Shown piece by piece: positions 26,625 through 41,001 of a DNA stretch of 64,000 nt (its first letter is position 1; each line of letters opens with the position of its first letter). The notes beneath the pieces are model-generated. The model did no database searches and was not told where the DNA came from. It worked only from the letters and a program-made list of their open reading frames with translations. The translations under genes and the position numbers were made by a program. This stretch comes from Octopus sinensis (lineage: Eukaryota). The stretch lies in NCBI RefSeq assembly GCF_006345805.1, contig NC_042997.1:158100001-158164000 (forward strand), in the 5' to 3' direction.

Positions 26625-26899
26625 AATATATTATATATAGATATGTAGGTAAGCGTAAGTTTAGAATATATATATTGCAACAGAGCAAACGACATTTGAA
26701 TATTTCGGTAATCGTCATATTATTATGCATTATTTTAAAACTGCATTGTAATATCAAAAACTTTAAAAATGTGTTATTGTTGGACACTTTAGTAAAACCT
26801 CTATGCGACATATAAACGTCAGCATTTATTACTCAACTACAGCATTTTTCCTTTTATATGTAAGGCAATAAAATGTAAATCTAATAACCCTTAACATAT
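25409..26899 (+). repeat. Dispersed direct repeat of about 255 bp (25409-25662 and 26643-26899)
   Basis: The two copies align end to end with only a few substitutions and indels. Each follows a (TA)n tract. Confidence 0.92.
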
Positions 26900-28120
26900 G
26901 AAGGGTGAAGGATAATATGTCTGTCTAGTGTATATTTCTGTATGCGTTGATCAAACAGGTTGGTAATGACTGATATAACATTTGCACCGTAAAAGAATAT
27001 ATGATGAAAAGAAATAATATTATCGCATTAATGTATGAGAACAGCCGTAGAAATATATGAAAATGTTTGAAATACGAGCGATAATTCTGAATAATTGCGT
27101 GAGCAGCTGCTAATGAAATACATGTAACTCCATGCAGAAATATGCATCCACACACACATGCAAGCAAACATACAAACACACACGCAGGCACACAGACACA
27201 TATGCACACATGTATATATATGTGTGTGTTTATGATACAACTATTATAAACATATATAATTATATGTAACGATCTACACACATTTATAGTTACCCACAAA
27301 TGCATTTACATACATATATTTTCATAGTTTTTTTATTAAATTTTCATCTTTTTTATATATTAAATCTCCAAATCTAATCTTGTAGCACCACAGCGAATAT
27401 TTGTAAGACATTCAAAATACTCTTCATCTGAGAATATTTATATGAATAAATGCACACACCAGGGCGTGTGCATCGGCAGCTCAACCAACAGAACAATTCA
27501 ACCCCATTTTTACAAACACTAGGAACTCTCTTAACTCGAAAGTCTGGTCTCTTTGTTAGTGGCCAGCTTGAACTCTCTTAAAAAGTAAAACTTAATGAAA
27601 GTCAAAGAAAACATACTTAAATAAATACATATACACACAGACACACACACACACTTATACATTTACGTCGACATATGATTATACTAAGTGTGTTATTAAA
27701 AACTTTGTTTCCAGACGGGAAAAAAGTTTTAAATATTATTTTATCATCATGCAAATGAGGAAAGATAAATAAGTTGCAATTTTTAAATAAAACACCATAG
27801 TGATGAAGTGAAATAGAATGAAAATTATGAATTTTACCAGTCGAGAATAAGTAAGCCTAAAATTTGACGTTTAGAAAAATATGCATATGAGATAAGTTAG
27901 GTAGGTATGATGGAAATGAATAGAAAACAGTAGTGATAGATGACAGACTGAAAGATTTAAAACGCATGTATTAGCTAGCGATTGCAAAAGCTATTATCAG
28001 ATAGCCTTAAAAAAGTAATTTCTTATAAGCATACATGTATATAAATATTTATGTATGTATATTTATATATGTATGTATTTATATTTATATATATGTATTC
28101 TTAAGCAAGAATATTATTCA

Positions 28121-28520
28121 CAGTGACCTCGAAGTTTCGGCCAGTTAACCCATGGTCGGACTGCAATGTATTGAAGCTAATCTCGACACATATAGTCTCT
28201 GTTGAGTTCAAATTTTCCTTGGGTGTATAATTCGGTATTAGGGTGGGTTGTTGTGGAGGGGTGTTTTGTAGAAATTTTTATTAATAACATTTGTTGTGAT
28301 GCTAGTGTTTAGAATTTATTCATGTATACAGAACTTTGTAAGTAGGTATGGGTATTTAGGTGCGTCACTTCTGTTGGATAGGTAAGGGAAGTGTGAGTAG
28401 TTCTAGTCACTTTTGGTTATATTGGATTTAACCCCTTGCATTGATAATGTAAAGGTAAAAAAAATTCGAAGTTTAGTCCAATGTGTAAAATCTTAGTAAT
28501 TAGATGTGTTAAATTTTGTA
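28121..28520 (-). mobile_element. Probable 3' end relic of a Penelope-like element
   Basis: Minus strand ...HYQCKGLN (cf. the PLE end TL.P.GLN) at ~28425-28455, followed by a decayed hammerhead-like motif at 28121-28163. Confidence 0.35.
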
Positions 28521-29445
28521 ATGGAATTTTATAGCGGTTCACAAATATATGCACAATTCTTATAACTCCCCACTTTCGCATTTTCAGAGGCTTAATATAA
28601 CATATAAAATAACAGTGTTTGAAACAGTACTGAAAAAATATTTATAAACACATATCCTACAAATTCTACCCACATAAAACTCAAAGGTTAAAATTTCTGC
28701 ATAATAATCAAATTACTTATAGAATAATGAACACCTAGAGAGAAGCATACAGACCTATAACCTTTACGCCCACTCACTTGCACTTGTGAATATAAAAGTA
28801 CACGAAAAACACGTTTATATAATGACAACGCTATGGCATTGTCGACTAATAGCCCCGAACCAACCAAACACAAACAGGAAATATTCTAAATAACAAACAA
28901 GCCAAGAAACTGACCAGATTAAATATATCACCTACTTACATTCATTTGCGAACTCCTTCAAAATTCCATAACAAAAATGTTGATATACCAAATTACTAAA
29001 TTTTTGAATTGTTTAAACCCACTCTTTCCACGGTCGAACGTGAATGGCTTAATTGTTGTTCCATTATACCTTCCAAGGCCACATCCCCTTAGACTAAATG
29101 TGTTAAAATCATACACGATTCAGAAGCATAGGGGACTTTGCGACATCTATGTTTTGATCTGAATGTGAGGCTTGATTCTATAGAATTCAGCAAGAAATTA
29201 TTTGCTGATGCGTGCTGATATGTGCCAAGTCAATAATATATTTTACTGAACTTATCTGTCGAAAAGCATTAAAAATGAATATGTACACCATAGTTTTGAT
29301 ACACACAGTTTTACATGATGCTATTTCTTTGTTCATATAAAAATCTGGAGCTGAGGCTGTCCATAAACTAATCATACCTCACCGACGTAGCGTAGTAATA
29401 TTGCGTATCATACCTATATTCGGTCCTAACATTCTAACAATTGGT

Positions 29446-29512
<67 letters not shown>

Positions 29513-29540
29513 CATGCATGCTTGTATGGATATATCTGTG

Positions 29541-29588
<48 letters not shown>

Positions 29589-29614
29589 ATATATATATAT
29601 ATACATACATGCAT

Positions 29615-30110
29615 TTAAATTTAATTTGACAAAATATTTTGGTCGCTTTGAGACCGCGACCTGTTCAATGACAAAATTCCATGCAGCATTTTGTTCATCA
29701 AAATATACAGCTATATCGATGCAATAAGTATTGGATAAGACAATCCTTTGTGTATGTGTGTATATATGTATGTGTGTATGTGTATACACACACGCACGCA
29801 CATACTTCACAGATGAGATCCAGAGATTCTCCATAGTGATTCCGATGTCTTTACAGGGGATCATTCCACAAAGTAAGGAAAGGCTATAAGAGCGAATATA
29901 CAGGCAATTATTACATATTTGAACTTCTCTGAATTAACATCTGAAATGTAAGATCTCCTCTACCCTGATAGCAAAGGATTATCTTATCCAATATTTATTG
30001 CATTGATATAGATGTATATTTTGATGAACAAAATGTGCATGGAATTTTGTCAGTGAACAGGTCGCGGTCACAAAGCGACGAAAATAAATATTTTGACAAA
30101 TTAAATTTAA
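29615..30110. mobile_element. Non-autonomous inverted-repeat element (MITE-like), arms about 113-116 bp
   Basis: 29615-29727 is an imperfect reverse complement of 29995-30110. TTAA at both termini; no ORF. Confidence 0.8.
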
Positions 30111-30899
30111 ATTTTGAAGTGAATCTAACGGATTTTGTGTGTTTCTTAAATGGCTTATAAATACCTTCCATGCTGCACTTGTTTTCGTTCCAGCACACGA
30201 TCTCAGATCAGGTCACTTGCTATGCAATTACATTTCCGTAATATCAAATTTCAATTAAAACAAAATAGTTTTTGCGTGCCCCATTTACAAACTCATAATT
30301 AATTGGCTTAGGTGTGAAGCTTACCAATTAAGAATTGAAAACAGGCAATCGCTATATGAAAGCAGATATATAATACTTAGAAATAAGGTAGTTGTACTAA
30401 AAATGCAATTGGATCAATTTAGAAAATTACAAGAACAAGCAGAATGACTATTCCTTGTTGTACTTGAATTACCGTTGTTTGGATGTAAACGTAGAAAAAA
30501 TGTCACTGTTTATCTTTCCTTAACGGCTTTTATATGACGTAATACTTAATTATGTTTAACAGCATGCCTGATAATTGTTATGCTATTTAATAAAGGAAAT
30601 TTGTTTCTTCGATGAAAGGAAATAATACTTTCCATTGATTTCACTATTTTTATATTCTTCGCAAAATAAAATCTGAAAAATGCTTAATTGCCATAATTAC
30701 TGATTACTGATTTTAATTACTGATTAAAATTCTTGTTCAAATATTAATAAGATTCCATCCCTCGTCCGATTATATGATTAAATACATTCTGAATGGAATG
30801 GATTTAAAGAATAATAATTATGTAGTGGATAATTCCTAAGCTAAATCTTCTCCAACTTTTTTCTCTCTACTTACAATTCCCCACCAGCCCATCCTTCCA

Positions 30900-31110
30900 A
30901 CTTCATCATCATCTTCATCATCACCATCGTCGTGGTCGTAGTTGTTGCCATCGTCACCACAACCACCACCACCACCACTACCACCAACACCAACACCACC
31001 ACCATCACCACCACCAACAGCAACAACAACAACAGCAGCAACAAAAACAACAACAACAGCAGCGGCAGCAGCAGCAACAATAATACCACTACGACAACCG
31101 TTGCTGCAGC
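30900..31110. repeat. Compound (CAT)/(CAC)/(CAA)/(CAG) microsatellite
   Basis: Directly visible. Confidence 0.95.
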
Positions 31111-32829
31111 CAGCCTACACCTTTATTTGATATTGGTTTAAGCTAGTGCTTAGTTAAGGCAGAACCAGTGGACAATTAGCTTTTACGGCAACGGTTTGCT
31201 TCTGAAGCATTTATCCCTTAGGTACGAAAACTGCTACTAATCCTGTTTTCAGTTTTATTTTCTCATATTGTATCGTTGGCATCAAAGGCAATAATTACGC
31301 TTTATTTCAACAAACTTCTCTGGCATGAAAAGTATTCTATTACAGCGAAATTGAAAAACACAAAGTCTAGACTTTCTTTAGCAGTAATTAAAGGAATGTT
31401 ACAAATTCCTAATTATTGTTATTATTGGTTAGCTCCAAATCAGTTCTGAAAAGAAGGACAGAGAACGCCTTTGATTAATCAGAAACGAAGAGAACAGTCT
31501 GTCAACAGTTTTTCTGAAACTGCATTTTAGACAAAGTTTTCAAACGCATATTTCATAGCAGTTTTTAAGAACCTTTAACTCTTGCTTCACAAAATCATGA
31601 TATAAACTTGATCCATTAAGTCTATCTTCTTTAGATCCTTCTTCATTGGTGCCACAAATCCACCGCTCACAGAATTGTTAAAAGTAACAGTGAATTGACA
31701 ATTACAGATGTATACTTTCAATTCTTCCAAAACAAGGTTGAATACATCTGATATGTTGAACTAAAATCACTGCAATTTTCACTTCATAAAACATTTGTCT
31801 TATGTCATTTTACATTCTGCTAGTTTCCTAACATTTTAAACTTCATTCAGAGAGCTGCGAATTTTCTTTAATTTTACTCTTTTCTCTGATATTTATTGTT
31901 TAAAATGATCCTATCAAGTCTCAATTACTTTATTCTAATGCTTACTACGAGTTTTCGTGCTGGAAACAACTATAATTTCTAATCTGATTCCGTGTAGAAA
32001 CAAATTTGATATGTGTAGTGAAATACAAGAAAATGTACGCTACCCTTATCATTTAAACTGATAAAAAAATTATCTAAGTAATAACTTGGTGATCCGTTTT
32101 GGTTTCTCTGTGGCCACATTGCTGCATTCGGAATATCTCATCTGAACCTATCGGCACTATCTTGCACAGTTTAAGAAACTTTTTCTTCTCCTGTTCTATC
32201 CGCCGTTCACATTAAATGCCAACTTGTGTCTACGCTGTAATTGAAGCTGCCAAATAAGACTAATTGGTGATGCAACAATTTTTGTAAAACCCTTTGGAAT
32301 TTCTTAAAAGGATAGACAAATCCATTTCTATAAGATAGTAAGAAAAGGACCTTTAAGTATTAGTATGGCATTCTCACACATGATTCTCAATTTTAACCTT
32401 CCCTGTTAACCATGAAGACTTTTATGCTTGATTTTTTTCTTCCATCTAACATGTGAAAACAGTACATCGTTAGAATTCATTTTTGTTTTCTATATCCTGA
32501 GTTTATGATAGAAGATAATTACTCAAAGACCCGTGCAATGCAATTGAATCTGGTATTATATGGAACTTTTTATGTATACCTGTGATTGTATATTACTGGA
32601 CTGGGTGTGATAAAAAAAATTAGTAATTTCATTTCTCCTGAGATTTTAATTCTGAACGTAGGAAATTGAAGCAAAACTCCGCGAAACCTTTAATGTGGCA
32701 TTCTCCTGTTTTGAGCTCACTAAAATACAACAGAAGCGATTGCATTATCAAACTAACTGAGCAATATATTTCCGGTAAAAATCTGATTCTACTATCATCA
32801 TAATTACTAACAAGTTCCTCCTACAATTA

Positions 32830-32865
32830 ATGCTGTGGCTGCAGCAGCCGCTGCTGCTGCTGCTG

Positions 32866-32915
<50 letters not shown>

Positions 32916-32976
32916 GCTACTACTATTATTACTACTAGTACTACTGATGATGATGATGATGATGATAATAATAATG

Positions 32977-33021
<45 letters not shown>

Positions 33022-33100
33022 TAATAATAATAATAATAATAATAATGATAATAATAATGATAATAACTAGGTTATAAAGATTAATAATAATAATAATGAT
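32830..33100. repeat. Compound (GCT)/(ACT)/(GAT)/(AAT) microsatellite
   Basis: Directly visible. Confidence 0.96.
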
Positions 33101-33533
33101 GCTGCAACTCTGCCGCTGCTGTTATTGCTACTGTTAGGAAAAGAATAAAGATTTGCATAATACAACATTCTGAAACATCTCAAAAAGGAAAAATTATTCC
33201 CGTCTTTTGTTGCGTTTAATCATTTACTCTTAGCAAGATGATGGGCTGCAGGTTGTGTATATACCCAGATAAAACGCATTAAGGCATCTAGCAAAAATTT
33301 TTGCTTTCATAAAATAAATACCAAAGTAGAATAAACCTGATCCTCCAAAACTTGTTACTTAGTATCACAGCAAGAAAGGAATACTGCTGGAAATATCAAC
33401 CGAATAATCACCATAATAAGCTCCAACATCTTGAAAAAATAAGAGAGAATATATTGTAATCTGGATAAGCAATGCTTGAAACAATGGCATGATCAAATCT
33501 GAAATGATTTTTGATTTTGATTGCAAGGCTTAC

Positions 33534-33628
33534 TTGTGGCTCAACAGCAGCAGAAAATTTTACATATTCATTTTCTATAAATGTATTTGATTCCATCTAC
33601 TCTGACTATGGTATAGTTTCTAAAAATT
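33534..33628 (-). other. Candidate host exon (possible start exon MESNTFIENEYVKFSAAVEPQ)
   Basis: T-rich acceptor ttttttttttttaatcAG, ATG in gtagATGG context at 33596, and donor CAA|GTAAGC in phase 0. No homology recognised. Confidence 0.25.
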
Positions 33629-36068
33629 CTGATTAAAAAAAAAAAACAAAAACATCTGTTAAATCATGAAATCAACCAAGTTTTGGTTATCGATTTACGT
33701 TACAAATTTGGTGTTTACGAACTTATTTGCATATTTATATGAAGATTGATGTGCCATGTGTTAGATATAAATCTCTCCAGCACCCTTTTCTAACATTTTC
33801 CCTACTAACCTTTCCATAAGATATACGTTTATGTGTGATTCCATCAAAGTAAAATAAAATAAAATAAAAAGGCAGCAAAGATTGTTAATCAGATTGTCTC
33901 TTCGTGAAATAATTTTTTCCTTTCATTACATCCACTAAACAAATTTCTACATCCTCTGCAAACATTTACTGTTTATTTATTCATGTAATTTCTAGTGTAA
34001 CCCTCTATTTCGGTTAAGACTTTTGATTTACAACTATAATCAAAGATATTTTAGCTGTGCTAGTCCTTTGACTTTTACAGGCATTGGGCTGTATTGTATG
34101 AGACATTGTAGATAGAAAAGGTGAATCTGAAGAATATGTGCTTGCATTTCTAGCAAGTTGTGTAACTCTCTAGAGGAGCTCCAATATTTTTGCATGTTTT
34201 AATTTGAAAATCATGCTATGTAATTTTAATGATGGTTAGTCTCATATTCTGTTGAGTCGTTGAGAAGCCATAGACGATCTCATATTCATATAAAGTGAGT
34301 TAATTAAATCGATTTGAAAGAGATCACTTTCAGTGAGCACTCCCTGTAATATTATAAATCAAAAGTGCAAGATAACATTTTCCATGACTTGAACTAATTG
34401 CGATATAAATCTTTACATAAAAACAACCCCTTCATTTAAGATAGGTGTTTGCTGAAATATTTTAAACGTATGTTTATTCTTAAAAGGTATCCTAGTTGAC
34501 AGGACAAATCGACTATTCAAAAATCGATATCAAGCCTCGGGTCTCCTACTATTCTAGTTGTTGCTGTCTAGCTACTGGTCAGCTCTGACAGAAGGGATCT
34601 CTGGTCAAAGCTATTCCAAACGTGACCAAGGACTTCTTAAAAGGATTTAAGGTTCCCGAGAAAAGGAATATGGCGGGGCCTATATTGCTTATACACTGAC
34701 ATCAAGAGACAAAATAAATAGATTTGCACTGGCCCCTTGATATTTGGACCATCCTCGGGCAACTGCCTGGTGCATCGATTTTGTAAGTCAATACTGACCT
34801 CTCAGTCCAAGTGAAAAGCTGTCACTCCCAAAATCTCACCATCCAATGTTTCCTTTTCAAAACGATAGCATGTAATTTGAGAGGGTCATCTAGTTTTTAT
34901 TTTTAGTAAACTTAGTGTCCAAGAAAATTCTCTGGAATTTAATAAGATAGATAAATGTGTTTTTGTGACACCATCACTCAATCAACACACACACACGCGC
35001 ATACACACACAAACACACGCACACACACACAAACAACGTTAAAACGCAGTGGACATTCAGTTAAGCATATTTAATATACCAAAGAGCCATGGCAAGAAAA
35101 GATCACAATTACACACTGACGAGCACTGCATTGATATTCTAACGGATAAATGAACATGCACAGCCATAAAACATTATCAATACAGATCAAACACAACACC
35201 AGCACACTTTAAAAATAGCCATACTAAGTACAAATCGTAAATGTACAATCAAAATGCATTCCCTGCAACAACTCAACACATATTTTCAACAACCATTAAA
35301 CAACACAACCGGTTCGTTGCAGTTGTAATTGAACGTATGTAGAAGACACAATATTTCCATATATCTTTGCTAACCACTTGAAAAAAAGAAGTAAAAATCG
35401 CCAAAGAACATACCTTGAACCATTCGCATTGATTTCTGCTTGTTGTATATATGTGTGTATGAATGTGTGTGCGCGTGTGTGTGCGTGCGTGTATGTGTGT
35501 TTTTTTCATTGCTCATTACAGGAATTGTTCCATAAAAAACATATATATAGTGTGCACATTGTCAAAAAAAAGGCACATAGTCATAGGAACCTGTGCCATT
35601 TCTTATAGAATGGCATAATCAAAGTATACTTATGTTCCTATACATATGTACTAAAATGCATTGGTTGATATAAATATTTGGAATCTCGCTAATATTCACA
35701 AAACAATATACAGTTTCGCACACGTAACTGCTGTTACAATATGAATTGTGCGCACACATTTTCCTTTTCTCTAACTTCACTTTGCACACATATAGATATA
35801 TTATAGACAAAACACACACACATACGCGCACACACATACACACACACACGCACACACTCACAGGCACATGTTTATACACATAATTTCAAGTGTCTGTACA
35901 TGTTTTGCAAAGAAAATGAAACCAGTTACGAATCCTTTATCACAGCCTAAGTTTTCTATTATCTTTTTTATGTTTCAAAATAGATTTTCATTTAATTTAA
36001 GGAGCTAAAAAAATGTATTGGAACTATAAAATGTTTTTAGAATAAATGTTTCTCTTCCTTACACCTTC

Positions 36069-36132
<64 letters not shown>

Positions 36133-36167
36133 TCCTTCATTTTTTTCTTTCTTTCGAGACACTTCGA

Positions 36168-36290
36168 CTTTACCTTAAGGCGGCAAGCTGGCTGAATCGT
36201 TAGCAAGCCGTTTAAAATGTTTAGCGACATTTCGTCCGTCTGAAATTCTGAGCTCCAATACCGCCGTGGTCGACTTTGCCTTTCATCAGG
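36168..36290 (+). mobile_element. 5' half of SINE family B, next to a (TTTC)n tract at 36070-36130
   Basis: ggcggcaagctggctgaatcgttagc...gtcgactttgcctttcatc is the reverse complement of the minus-strand family-B copies. Confidence 0.75.
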
Positions 36291-36639
36291 AGGGATTTTC
36301 TCAAACAAAGCCAGCCTGACAATAAATATTCCAAAAATGAGGAATTCTCAACGACACTCCCGACTATTCCTGTGTTATTTACCCTTTCTGATGCTTGTAA
36401 ATTGCCATTTTCTGTATTTCTATGGAAAAATAAACACTAATAATAATAGCAACATATAAAGCTCATTTAGTTAGTGAGTTAGCACACAGAAATTCAAACA
36501 CATACATGTATGTATAAATGTGTGTGCATGTATAGCTATGTGAGTATATGTACATATATATGCGTGTGTGTGAGCGTGTATGTGTGCGTATACATACAAA
36601 TCTATCGATATATCTACATACATATACATGCATATATGC

Positions 36640-36670
<31 letters not shown>

Positions 36671-36722
36671 CATATGTTTATGTATATATTTATATACATA
36701 TGTATGTATGTATGTATGTATG

Positions 36723-36762
<40 letters not shown>

Positions 36763-37045
36763 ACACCTACATACATATATATACACATACGTATGTGCAT
36801 ACATACAGATGTACTCTCACACACGCACACCTATGCACATGTTGTCAGGTACGATGTTTTGTTAAAACACACGTGTACACTGGTTTGTAGGCGAATACTA
36901 ATGAACAGAGATGTGTACAAATATTACATGTACGAAAGTAAATATGTGCTCACATTAATACGCCTCCGCTTGTCAACAAATTTCAGAATTATTCACAGTA
37001 TACCTAACCACATGAACGAAATGACTCCTGTGTCTTTGACCCACA

Positions 37046-37091
<46 letters not shown>

Positions 37092-38009
37092 GACACACAC
37101 ACACACACGCACACATACACATGTAGTTTTATGCGTGCATGTGTCTATATCTATACATATATTTATATATGTGTGTGTATGTGTGTGTGTGCTTGTTGCG
37201 CGCGTGAGTAGATGCGTGTCGGTGTGTGGGTGTTTGTGTGTCTAAATACAAATATTATTGTTGATTTCTCCGTCGCCAATAATTGAAAGCCAAGCGACGT
37301 GTTAATACAATTATTACTGTCAATTGAACGGTTGGAGTGTTTAGATAAACACAGTCTCTCCAAACCAGGCTTGAATAAGGAAATACAGCGCAATGGAAGA
37401 AATAATTCGTTTCTTGCTACGTAAAATACTAGTTGGATGGTGGTAGATATCCAATTGTGCTGTTTATGCATTAATCGAAATGTTAGAAACAAGGAATTCA
37501 TTTCAAGAACGTGTGAATAGAAAATGGTTCGTGGATTCTCGCTAGATTTCGGGCTCACCAGTGATAGATGGCTAATTAGGTATTTCATTTGACTGTATTT
37601 TATTACACACGTACAGCCTAGAAAACTACACAAGATTTTGAATTACACAATGAGTAAAGTAATTCTAGACATACTTATTGAGCAAATCATTGACAAAAAA
37701 GATATGAGATCAAAAATTCATGGTAGAATTTTTAAAACGAAATATCGAAGATATTAATTTGAGCTAGTTTAGATTAATTCCTGCTGGGCTACGCAAGAGA
37801 ATAAGAGTGAGTAGGAAAGTAAGAAAGAAAAAATGAAACTGAGATGGGAAAAGCAAGAAATATAGAAAGACAGATATATACATACATACATACATACATA
37901 CATACATACATACATACATACATGCATGCATATACATACACACATTCACACACACACATACATACACACACACACATATATATATATATAAAGATAGATA
38001 GATAAATAA

Positions 38010-38096
<87 letters not shown>

Positions 38097-38568
38097 CAGA
38101 TGGAGAAAGAGAAAGTGTGAGTGTGTGGGCGGGAGGGAAAAAATTCTAAAACGTTGAATGCGTTGGTCGATGTGATTGATGAGTTTAGTACTGGGTTTAG
38201 TAGTCTGATACTGTTGAGATAACAGGGTGACTCTAATGCTGCATACCTTGTTTCATCACAAGAAGATAAGAACATAAACAGATTATAGAAATGATAAAAA
38301 GACGTAGATGAAGTGAAAAGGTAATCTAGATGCTCCAGTGTACTAGCAAACAAAAGTATATTAATCATTCTTTATCTGCTTTGATAATCAACATAAGGAT
38401 CTTCAAAGGAGCTGAGTAAACATTAAAGTTCTTACGACTGCTTTGTTGCTAGAGCATACTGATATTCATCAATGTTGTTTAAAAGTACAAAAGCAAAGGC
38501 AATGATCAGCTTCGTTTTCAGCGTGATATCTCAATCAGTGTTGTACTTAAAAGGGAAACTTATACGCA

Positions 38569-39194
38569 TTTCTTTATTGCCCACAAGAGGCTAAACATAG
38601 AGGGGAGAAGCAAGGACAGACAAGCGGATTAAGTTGATTACATTGACACCACTGCGCAACTGGTACGTAATTTATCGACCCCGGAACGATGAAAGGCAAA
38701 GTCGTCCTCGGTGTAATTTGAGCTCAGAACGTAACGGCAGACGAAATACCGCCAAGCATTTCGCCCGGCGTGCTAACGTTTCTTATTTATTTATTGCCCA
38801 CAAGGGGCTAAACATAGAAGGGACAAACAAGGACAAAGGGATTAAGTCGATTACATCGGCCCCAGTCCGTAACTGGTACTTAATTTATCGACCCCGAAAA
38901 GATGAAAGGCAAAGTCGACCTCGGCGGACTTTGAACTCAGAACGCAACGCCAGACGAAATACCTATTTCTTTACTACCAACAAGGGGCTAAATACAGAGG
39001 GGACAAACAAGGACAGACAAAGGGATTAAGTCGATTACATCGACCCCAGTGCGTAACTGGTACTTAATTTATCGACCCCGAAAGGATGAAAGGCAAAGTC
39101 GACCTCAGCGGAATTTGAACTCAGAACGTAGTGGCAGACGAAATACCGCAAAGCATTTCGCCCGGCGTGCTAACGTTTCTGCCAGCTCGCCGCC
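38569..39194 (-). mobile_element. Head-to-tail trimer of tRNA-like SINE family B
   Basis: Three units (38569-38782, 38783-38963, 38964-39194). Only the last has the complete head ggcggcgagctggcagaaacgttagc...gttcaaattccg (B-box-like). Confidence 0.9.
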
Positions 39195-40969
39195 TTTAAA
39201 AGTGAAACTTATTCTTGACAGATGTTTTTGCATAAATTAACTAAAGCTCCCACGAAAGAATGATTCCTTTATAGAACTGTTTGCAGCTTGCTCAAAGCAG
39301 CGAATAATTCGACATTTTCTTACAACACTCCGAATATTCCCACATTGGTAGTACATGTCTCTTGGGTAATAGAGAATACAGTATATAGTGAAATCGTTCA
39401 CTTTCCTTTCGTTGTTATAATACAGATCTGAGAAAAGAGGCTGAGAGCAATACTGCAGGTGACAAATACAAGTCTCCTGTTAGATGCTACTAAATGTTGA
39501 AGCCAGCTCGCACTTCTGAAGATCAATATCCTATCGAAGATTTGTCCGCTATCACACGGTAAAAAAATGTTTTATATACACCTGATTGAGGGATTACATG
39601 TAGTGTTCTTTCAAAATGTGTTGTCGTAGATTAGTTCTAGGCAAGAGCATTGTCGTCTAAATCAAGCTTATTACGTATCATTTTCTCCAAGTAAACATCA
39701 AAAGTTTCGATTATATGTGTTTTTGCATAGATGAAACATTCACTTATAACTACAGTCTGGGACTCGAGAGTCTACACTGTAATCTTTGTTTTTTTTTATT
39801 TTGAAATTTGTGATTTCTAATTGCCGAGCAAAAGCTTCATGGAAATGACTCTTTAACGTTCTTATCACCATTCTAGATTTAGTGTACAATTTTGTTTTGT
39901 ATTGACTTATTTTCTTCACAATTCCAAAATTTCAATTCAGAATCAACTTACTTGTTTTATCAAATATTTCCAATATATTTTATATGCAAATATTCCTTTT
40001 ACATGTTCCGTCAAAACATCATTAGTCAACATATACATGAAAGTATACAGGATGTGAGTAAATTCTATACGTTTAGCAGTTGAGTAGTTTAGCAGTTAAG
40101 TATTTTGATATTAGTGAGGAGTACAAATTATGTAGGATAAAATTGAAAAAAAAAAAAATTATCGCTCCAAAACAACCAATGACAAATTAGTTCTGTGCTG
40201 AATCAGTTACGCTAATAAGGCAACAGCAGATCAGCTATGCTAAAATATCTCTAATCCGCATCTTGGAGAATCAAGTGTCATGAAAATTAGATTATTATTT
40301 CTGATTAAATTCACCTTGAAATCGTTGTATACGAAAATATGTTTTTTTCCATTAAGTACAAAACATCCATACATCTTTAGAGATGGGAGATATTATATTC
40401 CGACTTTCATTCAATTTCCAAGGTCATTTATTATGAAGAGAAGAAAAAAAATCGCTTCAAACGGGACTAAAACCGGATCGCAAACTAAACACAGGGAAGA
40501 GGCATGAAATCTGGCTCTTAACAATGTTTATAGCATTAAGGAAATTACAAGTAATGAGAAAAGTATTTGTAGAAATAGCTTGTAGTCTGGAAAGTAAGCA
40601 TAAGAACCTAAAGTAAATAGAATCGAAATTTTATATAACCTTTGTTCAGTTTAGATTCAATTTACGTAAATTTATCAGCCAATTGGCATGAAAGGCAAAT
40701 AGAAAAATGACCAATTCAAAATTGCGTGTGTTAGGCAGTGAATAGAGTAAATTACCTTACAAATGATTAAAGCAAATGCGTGTATAATCATACGTATGTG
40801 CGTATGTATACATGTATATACTAGAATACGTGTGCACATATATAAATTAGTGCATCTATGGTGTGTGTGTGCGTGCACATGCATGCATATGCATATGTGC
40901 ATGTTTATACACATATTACTGTATATATATATATATATATATGTATGTACATATACATACACAGACACG

Positions 40970-41001
<32 letters not shown>

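Noticed and set aside
31250-32280. Short protein-like stretches on the minus strand (CERRIEQEKKKFLKLCK...; ERWICGTNEEGSKEDRL...)
   Set aside because: All frames are interrupted, with no consistent splice sites and no recognised family; insufficient to call.
34480-34900. GC-richer segment resembling a degraded interspersed repeat
   Set aside because: Too diverged to assign family or boundaries from sequence alone.
38569-39194. Regularly spaced repeats that could suggest a CRISPR-like array
   Set aside because: Units are 180-230-bp SINE copies with no unique spacers, no cas genes, and a eukaryotic context.
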